Source: Myxococcota bacterium (GTDB lineage Bacteria; Myxococcota_A; Polyangia; Polyangiales; Sandaracinaceae). Taken from it: 64,000 nt of DNA. The position numbers were made by a program, and so were the translations under genes. Below the pieces are notes generated by a model. It saw only the letters and a program-made list of their open reading frames with translations, was not told the origin of the DNA and did not search any database. Below, piece after piece: positions 9,995 through 20,047 of this stretch. How positions within the stretch are numbered: position 1 is the stretch's first letter; the number at the start of each line of letters is the position of its first letter. Location: NCBI GenBank assembly GCA_036149055.1, contig JAYZQJ010000009.1, forward strand, positions 1-64,000, given 5' to 3'.

Positions 9995-12331
9995 ATGCAG
10001 TTGAACACGACCCCGGCGCGGCCGGGAGGGATGCGGATCCGCAAGCGCGACGGGTCCGAGGCGCGGATCGAGGTGGGGGCCATCATGGAGGTGGTCCGGC
10101 GCGCGGCGAAGGGGCTCGAGCACGTCGACGCCGACCTGGTCGCGGTGCGCACCATCGCCGGTCTTCACGACGGCGCGACCACCCGTGAGCTCGACGAGCT
10201 GTCGATCCGGGTGGCGGCGTCGCTGATCAGCGAGGCCCCCGAGTACGACGAGCTGGCGGCTCGCCTGCTCGCGCGCTTCATCCACGAGGAGCTCGCCGCC
10301 CAGGGCATCCGGACCTTCAGCGACAGCGTCGCCCGCGGCGTCGAGGTCGGCCTCATCGGTGAGCGGCTCGAGGCGCGGGCCGCGGCGGAGGGAGAGGCGC
10401 TCGACGCGCTGATCGATCCGGCGCACGACGAGCGCTTCCGCTACTTCGGCCTGCGCACCGTCTACGATCGCTACCTCCTCCGGCACCCGACCACCCGCGC
10501 GGTGATCGAGAGCCCGCAGTCGTTCTTCCTGCGGGTCGCGAGCGCGCTGACCGAGTCGCTCGAAGAGACCGCCGCGCTCTACCGCGCGTTCGCGACGCTC
10601 TCCTACCTGCCGAGCTCGCCCACGCTCTTCAACGCGGGCACCCGGCACGAGCAGCTCTCGAGCTGCTTCCTGCTCGACTCGCCCTCCGACACGCTCGAGG
10701 CGATCTACGACCGCTACCGCGACGTGGCCATGCTCTCCAAGCTCTCGGGCGGCATCGGCCTCGCGTTCCACCGCGTCCGATCCCGCGGCTCGCTGATCCG
10801 CAGCACCAACGGCCAGTCCAACGGCATCGTGCCCTGGCTCAAGACCCTCGACAGCTCGGTGGCGGCGGTGAACCAGGGCGGCAAGCGCAAGGGCGCCTGC
10901 TGCGTCTACCTCGAGCCGTGGCACGCCGACGTCGAGGCCTTCCTCGAGCTGCGCGACAACACCGGCGACGAGGCGCAGCGCACCCACAACCTCAACCTCG
11001 CGCACTGGGTCCCGGACCTGTTCATGCGCCGGGTGGAGGCGGACGCCGCCTGGTCGCTCTTCGATCCCGCCGACGTCCCCGCGCTGCCCGACCTCTACGG
11101 CGAGGCGTTCGAGCGCGCCTACGAGGACGCCGAGGCGCGCGGTCTGGCCCGGAAGACGCTCCCCGCGCGCGAGCTCTACCGCCGCATGATGCGGACCCTC
11201 GCCCAGACCGGGAACGGCTGGATGACGTTCAAGGATCGCTCGAACGCCACCTGCAACCAGACCGGGCGGCCCGGCCGCGTGGTGCATCTGTCGAACCTCT
11301 GCACCGAGATCCTCGAGGTCACGACCGAGGGAGAGACCGCGGTCTGCAACCTCGGCTCGATCAACCTCGCGGCGCACGTGAGCGACGCCGGCGTCGACCA
11401 CGAGAAGCTGCGGCAGACGGTGCGGGTCGCCGTGCGTCAGCTCGACCACGTCATCGACCTCAACCTCTACTCGCTCGACGGCGCGGCCGCGTCCAACGCG
11501 CGCTGGCGCCCGGTCGGGCTCGGCGTGATGGGGCTGCAGGACGTCTTCTTCCGGCTGGGCCTGCCCTTCGACGACGCGCGGGCGGTGGCGCTGTCCGCGC
11601 GCATCCAGGAGGAGATCTACCTGACGGCGCTTGAGGAGAGCGCGGCCCTCGCCGCCGAGCGCGGCGCTCACCCGGCCTTCCACGAGACCCGCGCCGCCGA
11701 CGGCGCCCTCCAGCCCGATCTCTGGGGCGTGACCCCGAGCGACCCGGCGCGCTGGGCCGCGGTGAAAGAGAAGGTGGCCGCGCACGGCCTGCGCAACTCG
11801 CTCCTGGTCGCGATCGCGCCGACGGCCACCATCGCCTCGATCGCCGGTTGCTACGAGTGCATCGAGCCGCAGGTCTCCAACCTCTTCAAGCGCGAGACGC
11901 TCAGCGGCGAGTTCCTGCAGATCAACCGCTACCTCGTCGCCGAGCTGCGGCGCCGCGGCCTCTGGACCGCGGAGGTGCGCGAGCAGCTCTTCGAGGGCGA
12001 GGGATCGGTCGCCGGGCTCGAGGCGCTGCCCGAGCCGCTGCGTCGCCTCTACCGGACCGCGTGGGAGCTGTCGCAGAAGGCGCTGATCGATCACGCGGCA
12101 GCGCGCGGCCCGTTCATCGACCAGAGCCAGTCGCTCAACCTCTTCATCGAGAGCCCCGACCTCGGCGTGCTCTCGTCGATGTACATGTACGCGTTCAAGC
12201 GCGGGTTGAAGACGACCTACTACCTGCGCTCCCGACCCGCGACGCGGATCGCGCGATCGAGCGCGAGCCAGGACGAGCAGGCGCGGCTCTGCTCCCTCGA
12301 GAACCCCGAGAGCTGCGAGGCCTGCCAGTGA
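9995..12331 (+). CDS. nrdA: Ribonucleoside-diphosphate reductase alpha subunit (class Ia) with ATP-cone
   Basis: KRDG ATP-cone, PTLFNAG, SSCF, GGIG, SNLCTEI, APTA, KTTYYLR, C-terminal CEACQ. Confidence 0.97.
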   Translation: MQLNTTPARPGGMRIRKRDGSEARIEVGAIMEVVRRAAKGLEHVDADLVAVRTIAGLHDGATTRELDELSIRVAASLISEAPEYDELAARLLARFIHEELAAQGIRTFSDSVARGVEVGLIGERLEARAAAEGEALDALIDPAHDERFRYFGLRTVYDRYLLRHPTTRAVIESPQSFFLRVASALTESLEETAALYRAFATLSYLPSSPTLFNAGTRHEQLSSCFLLDSPSDTLEAIYDRYRDVAMLSKLSGGIGLAFHRVRSRGSLIRSTNGQSNGIVPWLKTLDSSVAAVNQGGKRKGACCVYLEPWHADVEAFLELRDNTGDEAQRTHNLNLAHWVPDLFMRRVEADAAWSLFDPADVPALPDLYGEAFERAYEDAEARGLARKTLPARELYRRMMRTLAQTGNGWMTFKDRSNATCNQTGRPGRVVHLSNLCTEILEVTTEGETAVCNLGSINLAAHVSDAGVDHEKLRQTVRVAVRQLDHVIDLNLYSLDGAAASNARWRPVGLGVMGLQDVFFRLGLPFDDARAVALSARIQEEIYLTALEESAALAAERGAHPAFHETRAADGALQPDLWGVTPSDPARWAAVKEKVAAHGLRNSLLVAIAPTATIASIAGCYECIEPQVSNLFKRETLSGEFLQINRYLVAELRRRGLWTAEVREQLFEGEGSVAGLEALPEPLRRLYRTAWELSQKALIDHAAARGPFIDQSQSLNLFIESPDLGVLSSMYMYAFKRGLKTTYYLRSRPATRIARSSASQDEQARLCSLENPESCEACQ

Positions 12332-13335
12332 CCCGCCGCCTCCTCGACCCGGGCCTCGAGCTGACGCTGCGCCCGATGGCGTACCCGCGCTTCTACGAGA
12401 TGTATCGCGACGCCATCAAGAACACCTGGACGGTGGAGGAGGTCGACTTCTCGACCGACCTCGCCGACCTCTACACGAAGATGAGCGACGGAGATCGGCA
12501 CCTCGTCGAGCGCCTCGTCGCCTTCTTCGCCACCGGCGACTCCATCGTCGCCAACAACCTCGTGCTCAACCTCTACCGCCACCTCAACGCGCCCGAGGCG
12601 CGCATGTACCTGTCGCGGCAGCTCTACGAGGAGGCGCTGCACGTGCAGTTCTACCTCACGCTGCTCGACACGTACCTGCCGTCGCCGGACCAGCGCGCGG
12701 AGGCGTTCGCGGCGGTCGAGCGGATCCCGTCCGTCAAGCGCAAGGCCGAGTTCTGCGCCAAGTGGATGGACAGCGTCGCCGAGCTCGACGCGCTCCGCAC
12801 CGACGGGGACCGGCGCCGCTTCCTGCTCAACCTCATCTGCTTCGCCGGCTGCATCGAGGGCCTCTTCTTCTTCGCGGCCTTCGCCTACGTCTACTTCCTC
12901 CGCTCGCGCGGCCTCCTGCACGGCCTCGCCTCGGGGACCAACTGGGTCTTCCGAGACGAGAGCGCGCACATGGCCTTCGCCTTCGAGGCGGTGCGCACCA
13001 TCCGCGCCGAGGAGCCGCACCTCTTCGACGCGGAGCTCGAGGCCTCGGTCGTGCAGATGATGGAGGAGGCCATCGACTGCGAGCTGCAGTTCGCCGACGA
13101 CCTCCTGAGCGGCGGCGTCATCGGCCTGTCGCGCGACGACGTGCGCGCCTACCTCGAGCACTGCGCCGACCGTCGCCTCGTCACCCTCGGCATGCGCAAG
13201 CGCTGGGGCAGCGACAACCCCTTCCCCTTCATGGCGCTGCAGGACGTGCAGGAGCTCGCCAACTTCTTCGAGCGCCGCGTCTCGGCCTACCAGGTCGGCG
13301 TCGGCGGCGACGTCGTGTTCGACGCGGACTTCTGA
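12328..13335 (+). CDS. nrdB: Ribonucleoside-diphosphate reductase beta subunit
   Basis: GTGA overlap; FFATGD, EEALH..FY (radical Tyr), IEGLFF, RDESAH, NFFERRVSAY. Confidence 0.96.
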   Translation: MTRRLLDPGLELTLRPMAYPRFYEMYRDAIKNTWTVEEVDFSTDLADLYTKMSDGDRHLVERLVAFFATGDSIVANNLVLNLYRHLNAPEARMYLSRQLYEEALHVQFYLTLLDTYLPSPDQRAEAFAAVERIPSVKRKAEFCAKWMDSVAELDALRTDGDRRRFLLNLICFAGCIEGLFFFAAFAYVYFLRSRGLLHGLASGTNWVFRDESAHMAFAFEAVRTIRAEEPHLFDAELEASVVQMMEEAIDCELQFADDLLSGGVIGLSRDDVRAYLEHCADRRLVTLGMRKRWGSDNPFPFMALQDVQELANFFERRVSAYQVGVGGDVVFDADF

Positions 13336-13453
13336 CCCCTCGGCGGGCGCCGGCTGCGATCTCCACGCGGTCCGCGCCCGCCGAATCGTACACCGTACGA
13401 TTCCATCGCTCCGACGAATGGGCCCATTGCCGCCACCGTGCGTCCGAGACTGC

Positions 13454-13876
13454 ATGAACGACAGACACATCACCGCCCACTGGCTGCTCCTCTCGATCCT
13501 CATCCTCGGCGTCGGCTGCGGCGCCCCCCGCACGAACGGAGAGGGGGGCTGTGACGACGACCAGGACTGCTGGACGCAGCTCGGCGACCCGCCGGCCGAC
13601 TCGTCGTGGCAGTGCGTCGAGCACCAGTGCGCCGCGCGCGGCGCGGGCCCCTTCGAGGCCGAGGCGGTGGGCGAGCCGGACGACGACCCCGCCGCCGAGC
13701 CGAGCGGGCCTCCGTCGCCCACGGGCCAGCGAGACGTGAGTTGTAGCAGCACGTCCGACTGCTTCGTCCTGGGAGATCCGCCCGCCGACGCCTCGTGGGT
13801 CTGCACCGAGGGGCGCTGCGGCCTGCGCGGCGCGGGGCCGTTCGCCGTCGAAGCCGAGCCAGCCCAGGAGCCCTGA
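13454..13876 (+). CDS. Small lipoprotein with two internal four-Cys repeats
   Basis: Lipobox GVGC; CxxxxDC..LGDPPAD.SW.C...C..RGAGPF occurs twice. Confidence 0.7.
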   Translation: MNDRHITAHWLLLSILILGVGCGAPRTNGEGGCDDDQDCWTQLGDPPADSSWQCVEHQCAARGAGPFEAEAVGEPDDDPAAEPSGPPSPTGQRDVSCSSTSDCFVLGDPPADASWVCTEGRCGLRGAGPFAVEAEPAQEP

Positions 13877-13941
13877 CGCCGCGGAGGCTGCGACGAATCA
13901 CCGCATCCCGCGCTCGCCGATCCCGGCTCATGTTCCGGCGC

Positions 13942-14763
13942 ATGCAGCGCATCGCCCGACTCTTCAGCTTCGCCGCCCTCGCCGTCAGCCTCGTGAGCTG
14001 CGCGGGGGACGAGGTTACCGAGGTCACGATCGAGCTCGCCGCGAGGGTCGGCGGGGAGCCCGCGGCGTGCGGGAGGTCGTACGACGTCGGCGCCACGCCC
14101 TCCGCCTGGACCCTCGAGGACTTCCGGCTCTTCGTGCACGACGTCCGCCTCGTGACCGAGGACGGCCGCGAGGTCCCGGTCGCGCTCACCCAGGACGAGT
14201 GGCAGCTCGAGGACCTCGCCCTGCTCGACTTCGAGTCGGGCGGCGCCGGCTGCCCGAGCGGCACCGAGGCGACCAACACCTCGATCCGCGGGACCGTGCC
14301 CGAGGCCGGCCCGTTCACCGGGGTGCGCTTCACCGTCGGCGTCCCGTTCGAGCGCAACCACGCAGACGTCTCCACCGCGCCCGCGCCCCTCAGCTCGACG
14401 GCGATGTTCTGGAGCTGGCAGGGCGGCTACAAGTTCATCCGCATCGACGGCCGGAGCGAGGCGCTCGACGGCGGCTTCTTCCTCCACCTCGGCAGCACCG
14501 GCTGCGACGGGGACCCGCTCACCGGCGGCGTGACCCGCTGCGACGCCGCCAACCGCATGGAGGTCTCGCTCGACGGCATCGACCCGCTCACCCAGACCGT
14601 CGTCGTCGACGCGGCCGAGGTCTTCTCGGGCAGCGACCTGACCTCGAACGAGATGGCGCCCGGCTGCATGAGCGGCCCGATGGATCCCGAGTGCCCCGCC
14701 ATCTTCGAGCGGCTCGGGCTCGCCGCGGGCTCGACCCAGCGCCTCTTCAGCGTCGCGGAATGA
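13942..14763 (+). CDS. mbnP: MbnP-family copper-binding protein (metallo-mystery four-Cys protein)
   Basis: Lipobox, DFRLFVHDV, LLDFE, GVPFERNH, MFWSWQGGYKF (WxW), HLGSTGC. Confidence 0.88.
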   Translation: MQRIARLFSFAALAVSLVSCAGDEVTEVTIELAARVGGEPAACGRSYDVGATPSAWTLEDFRLFVHDVRLVTEDGREVPVALTQDEWQLEDLALLDFESGGAGCPSGTEATNTSIRGTVPEAGPFTGVRFTVGVPFERNHADVSTAPAPLSSTAMFWSWQGGYKFIRIDGRSEALDGGFFLHLGSTGCDGDPLTGGVTRCDAANRMEVSLDGIDPLTQTVVVDAAEVFSGSDLTSNEMAPGCMSGPMDPECPAIFERLGLAAGSTQRLFSVAE

Positions 14764-15887
14764 GCCGCCGGCTGCGCCTCGTCTTCGCCCTCGCGCTCGC
14801 CTCCGGGTGCGCGCCGGAGGGGGCGAGCTGGGACTGGGAGCTCCCCGAGGGCTACCCGGAGCCCAGGGTGCCCGCCGACAACCCGATGAACGCGGCGAAG
14901 GTGGAGCTCGGTCGGCACCTCTTCTACGACACCGCGCTCAGCCGCAACGAGACGCAGTCGTGCGCCTCCTGCCACGACCAGGCGCGCGCCTTCACCGAGC
15001 CGCTCGCCACCAGCGTCGGCTCGACCGGGGAGGTCCACCCGCGCAACGCGATGAGCCTGACCAACGTCGCGTACCTCCCGGCGCTCACCTGGGCGAACCC
15101 GCTGCTCGACGAGCTCGAGGAGCAGGCGCTCGTGCCGCTCTTCGGCGAGCACCCGGTCGAGCTGGGCATGGCCGGCCAGGAGGCGCTGCTCGTCGAGCGC
15201 CTCGCCGCGGCGCCGCTCTACCAGACGCTCTTCCACGACGCCTACCCCGGCGAGCCCGATCCGATCACCGTCGCCAACGTCGCGAAGGCCCTCGGCGCCT
15301 TCCAGCGCACGCTCATCAGCCATGACTCGCCGTACGATCGCTTCGTCTACGGCGGCGACGAGTCCGCGCTCACCGCCTCGGCGCGCCGCGGCGCGGAGCT
15401 CTTCTTCTCCGAGCGGCTCGAGTGCTTTCACTGCCACGGCGGCTTCAACTTCACGGACGCGGTCGAGCACGGCGGCGCGGTCTCCACCGACGTCGCCTTT
15501 CACAACACCGGCCTCTACGACCTCGACGGACGCGGCGCCTACCCCGCGGACAACCAGGGCCTGCTCGAGATCACCGGCGACCGCCGTGACATGGGCCGCT
15601 TCCGCGCGCCGACCCTGCGCAACATCGAGCTGACCGGCCCGTACTTCCACGACGGCTCCGCGACCACCCTCGAGGACGCGCTCGCGCACTACGAGGCCGG
15701 CGGTCGCACCCTCGAGGACGGCCCCAACGCCGGCGTCGGCAGCGAGAGCCCCCTGCGCAGCATCTTCGTCAACGGCTTCACCCTGACCGAGGCCGAGCGC
15801 GCCGACGTGCTCGCCTTCCTCCACAGCCTCACCGACCGCACCTTCATCACCGACCCCCGCTTCGCCGACCCCTTCGCGCCGCCCTGA
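14760..15887 (+). CDS. mbnH: MbnH-family di-heme enzyme (bCcP/MauG superfamily)
   Basis: PADNPM..KVELGRHLFYD, CASCH, CFHCH, FRAPTLRNI..TGPYFHDGS; coupled to mbnP. Confidence 0.9.
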   Translation: MSRRLRLVFALALASGCAPEGASWDWELPEGYPEPRVPADNPMNAAKVELGRHLFYDTALSRNETQSCASCHDQARAFTEPLATSVGSTGEVHPRNAMSLTNVAYLPALTWANPLLDELEEQALVPLFGEHPVELGMAGQEALLVERLAAAPLYQTLFHDAYPGEPDPITVANVAKALGAFQRTLISHDSPYDRFVYGGDESALTASARRGAELFFSERLECFHCHGGFNFTDAVEHGGAVSTDVAFHNTGLYDLDGRGAYPADNQGLLEITGDRRDMGRFRAPTLRNIELTGPYFHDGSATTLEDALAHYEAGGRTLEDGPNAGVGSESPLRSIFVNGFTLTEAERADVLAFLHSLTDRTFITDPRFADPFAPP

Positions 15888-15904
15888 ATCCGGTAAGATG
15901 CCGT

Positions 15905-16576
15905 GTGCGCTACCTGGGCCCCATCTTCCAGCTCGCCGGGCTCAGCCCCGCGGCCGAGGTCGAGCGCGCGCAGCTCGAGCGGCGGCTGGGCGCCGCGCTG
16001 CCCGAGGCCTTCGCCGAGCTCGTGCTGACCGACGCGTGGCCCTCGCTGCTGCGGCTCGGGTCGGAAGATCACCCGCACCCGCGGGAGGCGCTCGGCGCGC
16101 CGATCCGCGGGTACGCGGGGCGCGAGGAGGGGCTGCTGCCGTTCATGTCGGAGAACCAGGGCGTCTGCACCTGGGCCATCCCGCTCCACGAGGGGCCGGA
16201 TCCGCGGGTGCTCGTGGAGGTGGACTCGATGCCCCGGCCCGAGTGGCGGCTCGCGTGCGAGTCGTTCAGCGTCTGGCTGCGCTGCCGGGTGGAGGACGGG
16301 CTGATGGGGCCACGCGTCGCGTACATGGCGCAGGCGCCGCCTCTGTCGGGCGCGCTGCTGGCCGAGCTCCGCGCCGCCTTCGACGAGGGCCCCACCACCC
16401 ACGCGTGGCCGGCCGCCCACAACTACCGGTTCCAAGGGCCCAGCGTCGACCTGCTCCTGTGGGCCGGCGACGATCAGTGCGACTGGCACATCGCCCCCCG
16501 GGGCGACGATCCGGAGGCCGCGCTCCGGTCGATCCCGCGCGCGGGGGAGATCGCCGCCCACCTGTTCGAGGTGTGA
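15905..16576 (+). CDS. SMI1/KNR4-like (SUKH) protein
   Basis: ERRLGAALPEAF, ENQGVCTWAI..GPDPRV. Confidence 0.6.
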   Translation: MRYLGPIFQLAGLSPAAEVERAQLERRLGAALPEAFAELVLTDAWPSLLRLGSEDHPHPREALGAPIRGYAGREEGLLPFMSENQGVCTWAIPLHEGPDPRVLVEVDSMPRPEWRLACESFSVWLRCRVEDGLMGPRVAYMAQAPPLSGALLAELRAAFDEGPTTHAWPAAHNYRFQGPSVDLLLWAGDDQCDWHIAPRGDDPEAALRSIPRAGEIAAHLFEV

Positions 16577-16579
16577 GCG

Positions 16580-17086
16580 TCAGCAGGCGTCGGGGCCCCA
16601 GGCGATGAGCGCCCGGCGGACCACCGCGCCGCGGGCGCCCGCGGTGTCGATGACCGAGGCCTCGAGCGTGACCTCCTCGTCCAGCACGTCGGCGGGGATC
16701 GGGACGACGGGCGTCAGGCCGGTCTGCTCGCGCACCCCGGGCTCCGGCGTGTCGGTGAAGGGGAGGCGCAGCACGTAGGGCAGCGACACGCTCTCCCCGT
16801 CCCGATGGCGCCGCAGCACGAGGTCCAGCTCCAGCGGGCCCTCGGCCGCGCCGCTCACCCGGATCGAGACGAAGACGTGCTGGCTGCCCTGACAGCCGCG
16901 CTGGAGGCGGAGCACCTCGCCGTCCTCGAACGGCTCCCAGCCCCGCGCCCCGGTGGCGAGCTCCACCTCGAGCGTGGCCTCGGCGCCCGCGTCGCCGCCG
17001 GCGTCCGAGGGGTCTCCGGCGGGCGCGCTCGCGCACGCGGTGAGGAGCGCGCCGAGGCAGGCCGCGATCCGGGCGCCGCGGCTCAC
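16580..17086 (-). CDS. Hypothetical lipoprotein
   Basis: GTGA overlap with the NHL gene, lipobox LTAC, GCQGSQH motif. Confidence 0.65.
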   Translation of the reverse strand: MSRGARIAACLGALLTACASAPAGDPSDAGGDAGAEATLEVELATGARGWEPFEDGEVLRLQRGCQGSQHVFVSIRVSGAAEGPLELDLVLRRHRDGESVSLPYVLRLPFTDTPEPGVREQTGLTPVVPIPADVLDEEVTLEASVIDTAGARGAVVRRALIAWGPDAC

Positions 17087-19329
17087 CACGTGTCCTCCGG
17101 CTTCGCGACGAGGATGGCGTCCTCGGCCGCGATGAGCAGATCGTCTCCCGAGCGGGCGAGCGCGCCGGGGAAGAAGAGCGTGGCCTCGTCGAGCGACCAG
17201 GCGGCCCCCGCCGGCGGGTTGCCCGCGACCGAGACGTTCCCGATCCAGGTCTCGACCGTGCCGGCGCCGAGGTCGATCCGGCGGATGAGCCCGTTGCCGA
17301 GATCGCTGAGCACCAGGTGGCCCGACGGGAGCGCGAGGAGGTCCCAGGGGGTGGTGAAGCGCGCGTCGGCGACGGGGCCGTCGGCGACGCCGCGCTCTCC
17401 GGCGAGCCCGGCCACGGTCGTGACCTCGCCGGTCGAGAGCGTCACCGCGCGCACCACGTTGGCGAAGTAGGCTCGGTCGGCGACGTAGAGCGTGGCGCCG
17501 TCGGTGCTCAGCGCGAGCGAGGACGGGCTGCGGAAGCGCGCCGCGTCCCCGACCCCGTCGTCGTCTCCCGGCTCTCCGGCCAGGCCCGCGAGCGTGCCGA
17601 CCGTGGCGGTCGCGAGCTCGATCTGCCGGAGGACGCCGTTGCCGGCGTCGGCGACGAAGAGGACCGCGCCGTCTGCGTCGAGGGCGAGGCCCTCCGGGCT
17701 GTCGAAGCGCGCGACCGAGGCGCCGCCGTCGGCCGCGCCCGACAGCTCTGCCGCGCCGGCGAGCGTGGTCACCGTGCGGGCCGAGAGGTCGAGGCGGCGC
17801 ACGGTGTGGTTGGCGGAGTCGGCCACGTAGAGCACGTCGGCCTCCGGGTCGAGCGCCAGCCCGGTCGGGCCGGCGAAGCGCGCGTCGGCGAACGCGCCGT
17901 CGTCCGAGCCCGGCTCTCCGGCCGCCCCGGCGAGCGTCGCGACGGTGCCGGCCTCGCGATCGAGCACGCGGATGGTGTGGTTCCACTCGTCGCTGACGAA
18001 GCAGAGGACGCCGTCGGGCGCGCACGCGAGATCGGCGGGGCCGTGGAAGCGGGACTCGGCGAAGGAGCCGTCGCGCGCGCCCACCGGCTGGGTCGGTCCG
18101 ACGAGCGTCGTCACCTCCAGGGTCGACAGGTCCACGGGCCGGAAGCTGTTGGCGTCGCGGTCGTTGAAGTACAGGACGCCGGCGCCGAGCGGCGACGGGC
18201 CGAAGGACACGCCGAAGCGGACGTCCGCGCCCACGCCGTCGACCGAGCGCACGTCGGAGGTGGAGCCGAGCAGCGTCTCGACGCCGAAGTCCGAGAGGCG
18301 CACCCGCCGCAGGACGCCGTTGAAGCCGGTCACGTAGAGCGCGTGGGCGTCGCCGGTGAGCTGCTGCGGCGTCTCGAACGTCGCCGCCCCGGCCACCCCG
18401 TCCATGTTGCCCTCCATCGTCGGGTCGCCGGCCACCGTGGTGACCGCGCCGGTCGCCGGGTCGAAGCGACGCAGGCAGTTGTTGAAGGTGTCCGCGAAGT
18501 AGAAGACGTCGCCGACCCGCGTCACGCCGCCCAGCGTCATGCGCGCGTCCGCTCCCGTGCCGTCCGCGTGCTGCGGCGGGAACGACGGCGTGTACGGCGC
18601 GCCGGCGACGGTCGTCACCTCGTAGCTGACGGTGTCGAGCGCGCGCAGCACCCGGTTGCTCCGGTCGGCGAGGTAGAGGGTGCGACCGTCCGCGGAGAAG
18701 GCGAAGTCGTGCACGAGGAAGCCGAAGCGCGCCTCGTCCCCGACGCCGTCGACGTATCCGGTCATCGTCCAGATCCCCGCCACCGTGGTCACCTCGAGCG
18801 AGGGCAGCGCGACGCGCCGGATCGTCCCGGAGTCGGCCACGAAGAGGGCGTCGCCGGCCGGGGTGATCGCGAGGGCGCGCGGGCTGTCGAAGCGCGCCTC
18901 GCGGCCCGTCCCGTCGACCACCGCGGCCTGCTGCACCTGCCCGGCGAGCGTGGTCACCGCTCCGGTCGCCACGTCGACGCGACGGATCAGGCTGTTGAAG
19001 GTGTCGGCGACGTAGAGGCTCGCGCCGTCGGCGGAGAGCGCGGCGCCGGCGGCCCCGTTGAAGCGCGCCGCCGCGCCGGTTCCGTCCGAGTAGCCGGTCG
19101 AGGTCTGTCCGGCGAGCACGGCGAGCGTGCCTCGCTCCATCGGTACGCTCGCGTCGGGCTCGGGAGGCTCGCTCGCGTCGACTCCGGAGTCGATCGCGGC
19201 GTCGGTCATCGGGGCCGGGGCCGCGTCGGCGCCCGCGCCCGCGTCGTGCTCCGTCGGGACCTCACCGTCGCAGCCGGACAGCGCGAGCGCGAGGGCCGCG
19301 AAGAGGAAGATCGACCTGTGCATGTTCAT
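17083..19329 (-). CDS. NHL-repeat beta-propeller lipoprotein
   Basis: Lipobox LSGC; many DG.G..ARF..P..LA...LYVAD..N..IR repeats. Confidence 0.9.
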   Translation of the reverse strand: MNMHRSIFLFAALALALSGCDGEVPTEHDAGAGADAAPAPMTDAAIDSGVDASEPPEPDASVPMERGTLAVLAGQTSTGYSDGTGAAARFNGAAGAALSADGASLYVADTFNSLIRRVDVATGAVTTLAGQVQQAAVVDGTGREARFDSPRALAITPAGDALFVADSGTIRRVALPSLEVTTVAGIWTMTGYVDGVGDEARFGFLVHDFAFSADGRTLYLADRSNRVLRALDTVSYEVTTVAGAPYTPSFPPQHADGTGADARMTLGGVTRVGDVFYFADTFNNCLRRFDPATGAVTTVAGDPTMEGNMDGVAGAATFETPQQLTGDAHALYVTGFNGVLRRVRLSDFGVETLLGSTSDVRSVDGVGADVRFGVSFGPSPLGAGVLYFNDRDANSFRPVDLSTLEVTTLVGPTQPVGARDGSFAESRFHGPADLACAPDGVLCFVSDEWNHTIRVLDREAGTVATLAGAAGEPGSDDGAFADARFAGPTGLALDPEADVLYVADSANHTVRRLDLSARTVTTLAGAAELSGAADGGASVARFDSPEGLALDADGAVLFVADAGNGVLRQIELATATVGTLAGLAGEPGDDDGVGDAARFRSPSSLALSTDGATLYVADRAYFANVVRAVTLSTGEVTTVAGLAGERGVADGPVADARFTTPWDLLALPSGHLVLSDLGNGLIRRIDLGAGTVETWIGNVSVAGNPPAGAAWSLDEATLFFPGALARSGDDLLIAAEDAILVAKPEDTW

Positions 19330-19335
19330 GTGCTC

Positions 19336-19971
19336 CTAGGGGGCGTCCGTGGTGAGCTCGAGCCGGTAGGCGCCCTGCTGCCCGGCTCCGGAGGCGTGAA
19401 TTCGGATGAGGTGAGGGCCGTCCGCGCCGGCCCGGTAGACCAGTCGCTCTTCGTCCCCCGAGCCCGTGGTGCGCGCGGCGGCGCCGTCGAAGCGCGGGTC
19501 GGCGCCCGGGTCCCAGAGGGCGAGCGCGAGGTCGAGCTCGGCGTGCACGAACGTGGCGGTCGCGGTGAGCGTCTCGCCCGCGCTCAGCGTCACGGTCACG
19601 TGGTCGACGTCGCCCGGGCAGAGCCAGCGCTCGAGGGGCTCGCCCTCCCAGGCCACGGCGTCCCGGAACCGGTCGTCGGGCTCGAGGGGATCGTCCCCGG
19701 CGCAGTCGTCGATCGGCACGCAGCGACCCGCCTCCTCGACGTACCCGGCGTGGCAGTGGCAGTGGCCGAGGTGCGGATCGCCGTGAGGCCCGCAGTCCGG
19801 GCCGGCGTCGATCGGCGGCGCGCCCGCGTCGGGCTCCGGGCCCGCGTCGCGGGACGCGTCCACCGTCCCCGCGTCGCTCGGGGCGGGCGGATCGGGCGGC
19901 GTCTCCTCGCAGGCGGCCAGCAGCAGCAGCGCGATCGGGAGCGTCAGTCGACGGAGCTGGAAGTCGTGCAT
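19336..19971 (-). CDS. Lipoprotein with His/Cys-rich EGF-like motif and PPC-like domain
   Basis: Lipobox [39 protein letters not shown]. Confidence 0.7.
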   Translation of the reverse strand: MHDFQLRRLTLPIALLLLAACEETPPDPPAPSDAGTVDASRDAGPEPDAGAPPIDAGPDCGPHGDPHLGHCHCHAGYVEEAGRCVPIDDCAGDDPLEPDDRFRDAVAWEGEPLERWLCPGDVDHVTVTLSAGETLTATATFVHAELDLALALWDPGADPRFDGAAARTTGSGDEERLVYRAGADGPHLIRIHASGAGQQGAYRLELTTDAP

Positions 19972-20002
19972 CTCGAGCCCTCCGCGGTCGACGGGCTCTT
20001 AT

Positions 20003-20040
20003 CGTAAGCCAGTTGCATGTGCAAAATGTTTGTGTTTCAA
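20003..20040. promoter_or_regulatory. AT-rich Fur/Zur-like operator in a divergent promoter
   Basis: Reverse complement TGCAACTGGCTTACG matches 22670-22684 at 11/15 positions. Confidence 0.45.
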
Positions 20041-20047
20041 CCCGAGC

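Noticed and set aside
8465..12094. 1209-aa minus-strand ORF and similar long ORFs (39762-43424, 26940-29738, 17317-20007, 54403-56115)
   Set aside because: Antisense shadows of real high-GC genes; Arg/Gly/Ala-rich with no recognisable motifs.
13942..15887. Methanobactin biosynthetic cluster
   Set aside because: Only mbnP/mbnH-like genes are present; no precursor, MbnB/MbnC or transporter is visible.
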